DNA from: Amoebidium appalachense
Lineage: Eukaryota > Protista > Ichthyosporea
DNA length: 64,000 nucleotides
Assembly (NCBI GenBank): GCA_963693365.1
Contig: CAVNZM010000008.1
Location: forward strand, 7,938,318-8,002,317
Direction: 5' to 3'
Position 1 is the stretch's first letter. Each line of letters opens with the position of its first letter. The notes beneath the pieces are model-generated. The model did not search any database, was not told the origin of the DNA, and worked only from the letters and a program-made list of their open reading frames with translations. Both the position numbers and the translations under genes were made by a program. Below, piece by piece: positions 60,417 through 64,000 of the stretch.

Positions 60417-61292
60417 TTATTGACGCGCCGCGGCGGCCCAGGTAGCAAACACCGTGCGGCCATCCGCAAGCGCCTGCGCGACCTTCCCGGGGTCGACGTC
60501 CATGGGCGACGCAAACAGCCTCCGCTCCGGAGCGACCACCACGAGGCGGTCTCCGAGGCGGGTGCGGAGGTTGGCGAACTCGGTGGCCGCCAGCTCGGTG
60601 CCCGAGTCACGCTGCAGAGCATAGCAGAGCTCCATGCCCGTTTTTGGCACGGATTCTGCGGGGCAGTGCGCCAGCGAGTCGCACAGCACCGTGACGTAGA
60701 TGCCGTCGAACCCATCGGCGGCATCCTCGAGTGCCTTGGTGAGGGGCACCAGCTCAGAGACCCCGCCGTCCAAAAACACGGTGCCGTCGTACTCGACGGG
60801 GGGGACCGCGAGTGGAAGGGCCGAAGACGCGCGCATGCCGACATGGTACTCGGGCCCTGTGAACCACCGCTCCTTCTTGTTGAGGAAGTCCCAGGCGACG
60901 CAGTGACAGCGCGTGTAGATGTCCGCGTCGATGCCCTCCAGAAGCGCCGCCGCACGCTCCTGCAGGGTGAAGCGGCTGTACGCCGCCCCGTACAGCATTG
61001 ACCCCACAACCGTCCTCCAGCTTTTCGGAAGCAGCGCCATTGCGCCGCCCCACGGTTCCACAATGTCCTCCACGCACTTCAGCGTCCCCAGCTCGCGCGC
61101 CAGGTCGTCCAGGCGGTCGGCAACCACGAACGGCGCCACCAGCGCGCCGACGGACGTGCCGTACACACCGTCGACCTGGTACAGCCCCGACGCGAGCATC
61201 CCCTGCATGAACCCGACTTGGAAGCAGCCCTTGACGCCGCCCCCGGGCAGCAGGATCCGCACACGTGTCCTGGCTTGGGAGGGTGTGTCCAT
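60417..61292 (-). CDS. Patatin-like phospholipase
   Basis: GGGVKG oxyanion motif, GTSVG nucleophile elbow, ASSALP and FLDGG. Confidence 0.92.
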   Translation of the reverse strand: MDTPSQARTRVRILLPGGGVKGCFQVGFMQGMLASGLYQVDGVYGTSVGALVAPFVVADRLDDLARELGTLKCVEDIVEPWGGAMALLPKSWRTVVGSMLYGAAYSRFTLQERAAALLEGIDADIYTRCHCVAWDFLNKKERWFTGPEYHVGMRASSALPLAVPPVEYDGTVFLDGGVSELVPLTKALEDAADGFDGIYVTVLCDSLAHCPAESVPKTGMELCYALQRDSGTELAATEFANLRTRLGDRLVVVAPERRLFASPMDVDPGKVAQALADGRTVFATWAAAARQ

Positions 61293-61324
61293 GTTGATGT
61301 AGGGCGCGATAAAAGTCGACGGCT

Positions 61325-62191
61325 TCATTCCAAATCCAGGGCGTTGCACACCGAGACCAGGTTTGCCCTTGCGCAGTCCAGCACGAAGGCCGCCAGCTCG
61401 GAGTAGTCGTGGGGCGGCGGCTGGCTCTGCGCGGCCAGCAGCAGCGAGTGGTAGCGCTCGCGGGACCTGCGGTCTGTGTACAACGAGAGGGGAACGGCAA
61501 TATAGGGCGAGAGCAGCACGCTGACCAACAGACGGGCGACGCGCCCGTTGCCGTTGCTGAACGGGTGGATGTAGAGGAACTCCCCGAGGAAACGGGCGGC
61601 GACCTGTATGGCACCGAGAACGTCATTGCAGCCTTGGAGTTCGGTGCGTGTACTTTCGAACAGACGCTTGAGAGCCTCTTCGATCTTGAACGGTGCAAGG
61701 TACTGATGACTGCAGCCTGCGGGAAGCGCAAAGCGCACCCGATACCGTCCAGCGCTATCGAGCAGCCCGTCCATGACCTTGCGATGGACCTCCCTAGCGA
61801 GCTCCACCGTAAACGTGCCTGGATCAATCCCCTTCCAAACCCACGGTGTGGGGAACAGCTCGCGAACTGCTGTAACGACGTTTTTCAGTTTCTTCGATGA
61901 GCGCGTGTGTTCGGACATTTTATCGGGGCAGGAGATCAGCCTCTCAATATGTTCGACTGGGACCTTTTCGTTTATTTCCAATTCCATCAGGTGCTTGATG
62001 TATAACACTAGGTGGTGCGTTGTGTATCCCTGCATGAACAAAGCGCTGCTCTTATCGTTATCCAAAAACGTGCGCACCAGGTTGAGGCAGCGCACAACAG
62101 CACCTTCGCTGAGTTGAGACATCACGGTGTTGAACCGACAGATAAAGTACCACAAACTATCAAAATCGACCTTTACGTCACACGGCAACAA
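61325..62191 (-). CDS. Fic/Doc-domain protein (putative AMPylase)
   Basis: Canonical motif HPFSNGNGRVAR, with upstream EVHRKVM and AGRYR. The start is uncertain (there is an ATG at 62122). Confidence 0.92.
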   Translation of the reverse strand: MLPCDVKVDFDSLWYFICRFNTVMSQLSEGAVVRCLNLVRTFLDNDKSSALFMQGYTTHHLVLYIKHLMELEINEKVPVEHIERLISCPDKMSEHTRSSKKLKNVVTAVRELFPTPWVWKGIDPGTFTVELAREVHRKVMDGLLDSAGRYRVRFALPAGCSHQYLAPFKIEEALKRLFESTRTELQGCNDVLGAIQVAARFLGEFLYIHPFSNGNGRVARLLVSVLLSPYIAVPLSLYTDRRSRERYHSLLLAAQSQPPPHDYSELAAFVLDCARANLVSVCNALDLE

Positions 62192-63312
62192 CCCGGCCCA
62201 TATCCACCTGCGCGTTCACCACCCTGTTCTCCTGCCCACCGGCCCCTACCCAGTCCAACGTTTTCTCCACAAACCAGAGAGAACACGGCAGTGCCCATGA
62301 ACGTTTGGCCCGCAATTTGCTAGAGAACAGCATCGCCGGTCCCCCCCATGTCTCCCGGAACCCAAGAGAACACCATGGCATCCCCAACCATGTCTCCCGG
62401 ATCCTTGGAGAACAGGTGCCGGGGGGTGGACCCTGTTCGCCGATTGCTTTTTCCTAGGAGCGGGCATGAGGGGCACGCGAGGCATGCACGGCCGGCGAGG
62501 CACAGTGGTCTCACAGGACCACGGAGCCCGAAAGCCCGACCCAACTGGCGCGGGCGTGGGGGCCCGGGAGGCATGCAAGGGGGAGACACAGCGGGCTCAC
62601 GGGTCTGTGTGCCACAGGCGCCCCTCCCAGCCCCCCCCAGCCCCCCAGCCACCCGCTACAGGCAACGCGGAACCACAACTTCGTTCCAAAGCAGCGCCAG
62701 ATGTGCCAATAAACGGCCAAAGCAGCGCGCAGTTGGCTACCCTGCTATTCGATCTGATTGGTCGAAAGCGTTCAAGATCCTGACCAAGATTTCAGAATCT
62801 GTTTGTAATCGTTGAGAGGACTATTTCTTCGCGATTTCTATTTGAAATGTGATCGAATTGTTTATAAAACTATCTTGAATATGACATTAGTTATAAAACG
62901 TTTGATTTTATTCTTATGTTTGGTTCTAAGGGATAGAAGAGAAAAAGGCATCAGCTGTCATTGAAAAATCTTGAAGCACTGGCATTGCCTGCTCTTCGCA
63001 GGATCTGATTGGATCTTGAATTGGTTGTCATCCAATCCCCAACAGCCAATCGTACAGTCTGGTGATCTGGATCTGAAAGCATTCTTCCAATCAAACGCGT
63101 GACTGTCATTTCAAGCATTGTTTAATTGACCAATCGGATATCATTTCGTCAGCATCAGTTGGGAATTGGCTTCTAAGGGCACGGCACAGCTGATAGGGTG
63201 TCACTTTCACACACCTTCTGTAGTGTCAACATCAAAGGCTTTGAAGTCGCTTGTTAGGTCGCCTTTTACTGATTTTTCGCTTTGCACCCCCATTTCTACA
63301 CACACACACACC

Positions 63313-64000
63313 ATGGAACAAGTAGGCAAGCGCAGCTACAAATGGCTGACCGATCACCTTTTCACTAAGAACACCAAGGACAAATACATGGTCAAGTGCC
63401 GCGCTTGTGTCGCTGACATGCACAGCGACCAGATCCCCTCGCATGTGAAGGTGTGCAGGGAATTAAACCACTGCCAGGACGCCATCCTTGCCCTCGTCGC
63501 CGCAGAGAACGCCGTCGGGCCCGCGCGCGACAAGGTGCGTCCGTTGGTCACGGAGTTCGGGGGGGTGCGCCGTGGCTGCACAGTCCGTTGTGCCGGGTCT
63601 GCGCCAGTACCTGCAGCAGCCTGGGCGCAACGTCGTGGGCGCGGCTAAGGCACGGGCGGTGGCGCAGGCGCTCCACGACATGGCAGAGGCGGCTCGGGCG
63701 GTTAAGGACGGGTATGTGGGTTTTTGGTCGGCGGAGGATGCTGTGGAGCGCAACAAGCAAGCGCTGCGCCATCGGATTGCCGAACGTGTCCACCGCCGCC
63801 AGGGCGGGGAGGGGCCCGGCCAGTTCGCCTACGTTCCCCACCCCCCGGTTCTCCCCGTCCAAACCTCGTCCCCTTTGCGCTCACACCCGGGGAGCTTGCA
63901 AGTGGCAACGTGCTCCGGCAGTGCGAGATATTTCTGTTTGATCGAGTGCAGAGGGATCCGAAGTACCCTCCCGGGAAACGTATCGACTCGGACGATGTGT
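63313..64000 (+). CDS. Hypothetical protein with an N-terminal C2HC-type zinc finger; apparent frameshift; runs off the window
   Basis: VKCRAC...SHVKVC. An open helical reading (QQPGRNVVGAAKARAVAQALHDMAE...) resumes in another frame after the G7 run at about 63560. Confidence 0.55.

Larger units (their letters stand above)
44500..64000. mobile_element. Integrated virus-like or giant mobile element; left boundary uncertain, continues past the window end
   Basis: Microsatellites and introns disappear abruptly and genes become densely packed. Contains a D5/SF3 helicase, PD-(D/E)xK nuclease, patatin, Fic, MYND and C2H2 genes plus long tandem arrays. No capsid, polymerase or integrase is visible in the window. 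Confidence 0.75.

Noticed and set aside
53012-61900. Long antisense ORFs overlapping the element genes
   Set aside because: They are shadow ORFs of GC-rich coding sequence; the motif-bearing frames are the ones annotated.

Overview
This is eukaryotic genomic DNA in two very different compartments. (1) About 1-44 kb is intron-rich host sequence saturated with (CA)n/(GA)n microsatellites and poly-G/C tracts. It holds the 5' part of a UTP4/cirhin WD40 gene (minus strand, at least 14 exons including a predicted 7-nt microexon), a 5'-truncated LINE, two hypothetical genes, a spliced RGS-domain gene and an interrupted intronless F-box/LRR gene. It also carries about 14 copies of a retroposon-like repeat that sits in poly-C/G tracts and has a covarying, pseudoknot-like RNA fold. 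(2) About 44.5-64 kb is gene-dense, apparently intronless, almost free of microsatellites, and looks like an integrated virus-like or giant mobile element. It has 55-, 92- and 22-bp tandem arrays, convergent coiled-coil genes, a double-MYND protein, a D5/SF3-type helicase followed by an iteron-like palindrome cluster, C2H2 zinc fingers, a PD-(D/E)xK nuclease fused to a copy of the helicase's own C-terminal domain, a patatin and a Fic protein. The best candidates for something undescribed are the helicase/ori/nuclease module and the poly-C-associated structured retroposon. All calls come from reading the sequence by eye; no database searches were run.
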